From an uncultured Elusimicrobia bacterium (GTDB lineage Bacteria; Elusimicrobiota; Elusimicrobia; UBA1565; UBA9628), in contig CAZTZW010000002.1 of the NCBI GenBank assembly GCA_964618085.1, positions 9,918 to 40,932 of the forward strand: a stretch of DNA of 31,015 nucleotides, in the 5' to 3' direction. The notes beneath the pieces are model-generated. The model saw only the letters and a program-made list of their open reading frames with translations. It was not told where the DNA came from and searched no databases. The position numbers were made by a program, and so were the translations under genes. This document shows, piece after piece, positions 30,554 through 31,015 of the stretch. The first letter of the stretch is position 1. Every line of letters begins with the position of its first letter.

Positions 30554-30570
30554 CGCTTAGCGCCCCCCCG
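30550..30570 (-). promoter_or_regulatory. ATGA stop/start overlap (translational coupling) with an upstream G-rich SD-like tract
   Basis: The minus strand reads CGGGGGGGCGCTAAGCGATGAGG. The TGA of the HEAT gene overlaps the ATG of the giant gene by 4 nt, and a G7 tract lies 10-16 nt upstream of the ATG. Confidence 0.75.
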
Positions 30571-31015
30571 CCGCGCGGCGCGGGCCGCTTTGGCTGCGGC
30601 GGACACAGAGGCGTCCTTGTCGCCGGCCAGGCGCTCGAGGGCCCTGTCAGCGGCGCCCCCGGGATGACGCAACAACGCGCGCGCGGCGTGACGGCGCACT
30701 CCCGGATCGGCCTGTTCGGCCGCGACGACCAGAGCGGCGGCGGCCTCGGTGGAGCGGGAGACGCCCAGCGAGGAGGCCGCGGCCCGGCGTACGTTCAGGT
30801 CGGCGTCACCGGCCAGGGCCGTGATGAGGGCCCGGACGGCGGTACGCTCGTTCAGGCGGCCCAGCTCCTGGGCGGCGGCCACACGGACGATGGGGGCGGG
30901 GTCGGAGCGCAGGGCGCGGGTCAGGGCCGGCAAAGCGGCGAGCGGGTCGGTCGTGGTCAGGCCGCGCAGGAGCTCGTAGCGGACCTGGGGGTTGGTCTCC
31001 GCGGCCGCGGCAGCA
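30550..31015 (-). CDS. HEAT-repeat (PBS-lyase HEAT-like) alpha-solenoid protein, 5'-truncated
   Basis: The frame is open from the right edge to TGA at 30550-30552 (about 154 aa visible; the track's TTG start at 30933 is internal). About five HEAT-like units: ETNPQVRYELLRGL, SDPAPIVRVAAAQELG, GDADLNVRRAAASSLG, QADPGVRRHAARAL, GDKDASVSAAAKAA. Confidence 0.9.
   Translation of the reverse strand, partial: AAAAAETNPQVRYELLRGLTTTDPLAALPALTRALRSDPAPIVRVAAAQELGRLNERTAVRALITALAGDADLNVRRAAASSLGVSRSTEAAAALVVAAEQADPGVRRHAARALLRHPGGAADRALERLAGDKDASVSAAAKAARAARRGGAKR

Noticed and set aside
30550-30570. Possible HEAT-giant fusion by frameshift or readthrough
   Set aside because: An in-frame TAA (30557-30559) lies just upstream of the giant gene's ATG, and the giant protein has its own signal peptide.
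11030-30667. Other long plus-strand ORFs (11030-11857, 12308-15604, 15647-16372, 17531-22750, 23909-24817, 24845-25861, 27431-30667)
   Set aside because: All start at coordinates 2 mod 3, the same antisense register as above, and are shadows of the giant gene.
30550-30933. TTG start at 30933 for the HEAT protein as given in the track
   Set aside because: The frame stays open and HEAT-like to the window edge, so the true start is upstream of 31015.
1-31015. CRISPR array, tRNA/rRNA, terminators
   Set aside because: The window is fully protein-coding with no intergenic space. The repeats are at protein level and diverged, not identical DNA repeats with spacers.

Overview
Almost the whole window is one giant protein-coding gene on the minus strand, and the supplied ORF track misses it because it has no stop codon inside the window. 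It starts at ATG 30553 and runs off the left edge, giving at least 10,184 codons. My translation shows a Sec-type signal peptide and two tandem predicted 8-bladed beta-propellers (about aa 33-914). These are followed by about 49 Trp-rich bacterial Ig-like repeats (about 129 aa each) arranged in 11-domain super-repeats plus a 5-domain duplication. Next come nine 'LPGE' Ig-like modules bracketed by two related modules, six intimin/invasin-like 'DxFGNP' modules, and a further repeat family with an LYxD...G motif. One of those last repeats carries an inserted module resembling a phage tail-fibre N-terminal domain (RAQEGTT motif). The C-terminus lies outside the window. Upstream (right edge) is a 5'-truncated HEAT-repeat gene whose stop overlaps the giant gene's start (ATGA). 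All long plus-strand ORFs in the track are antisense shadows of the giant gene. I found no RNA genes, CRISPR arrays or mobile elements. The DNA is very GC-rich. The style recalls giant secreted proteins of Elusimicrobiota, but taxonomy cannot be established from this window. Domain boundaries, fold assignments and repeat counts come from manual reading and are approximate.
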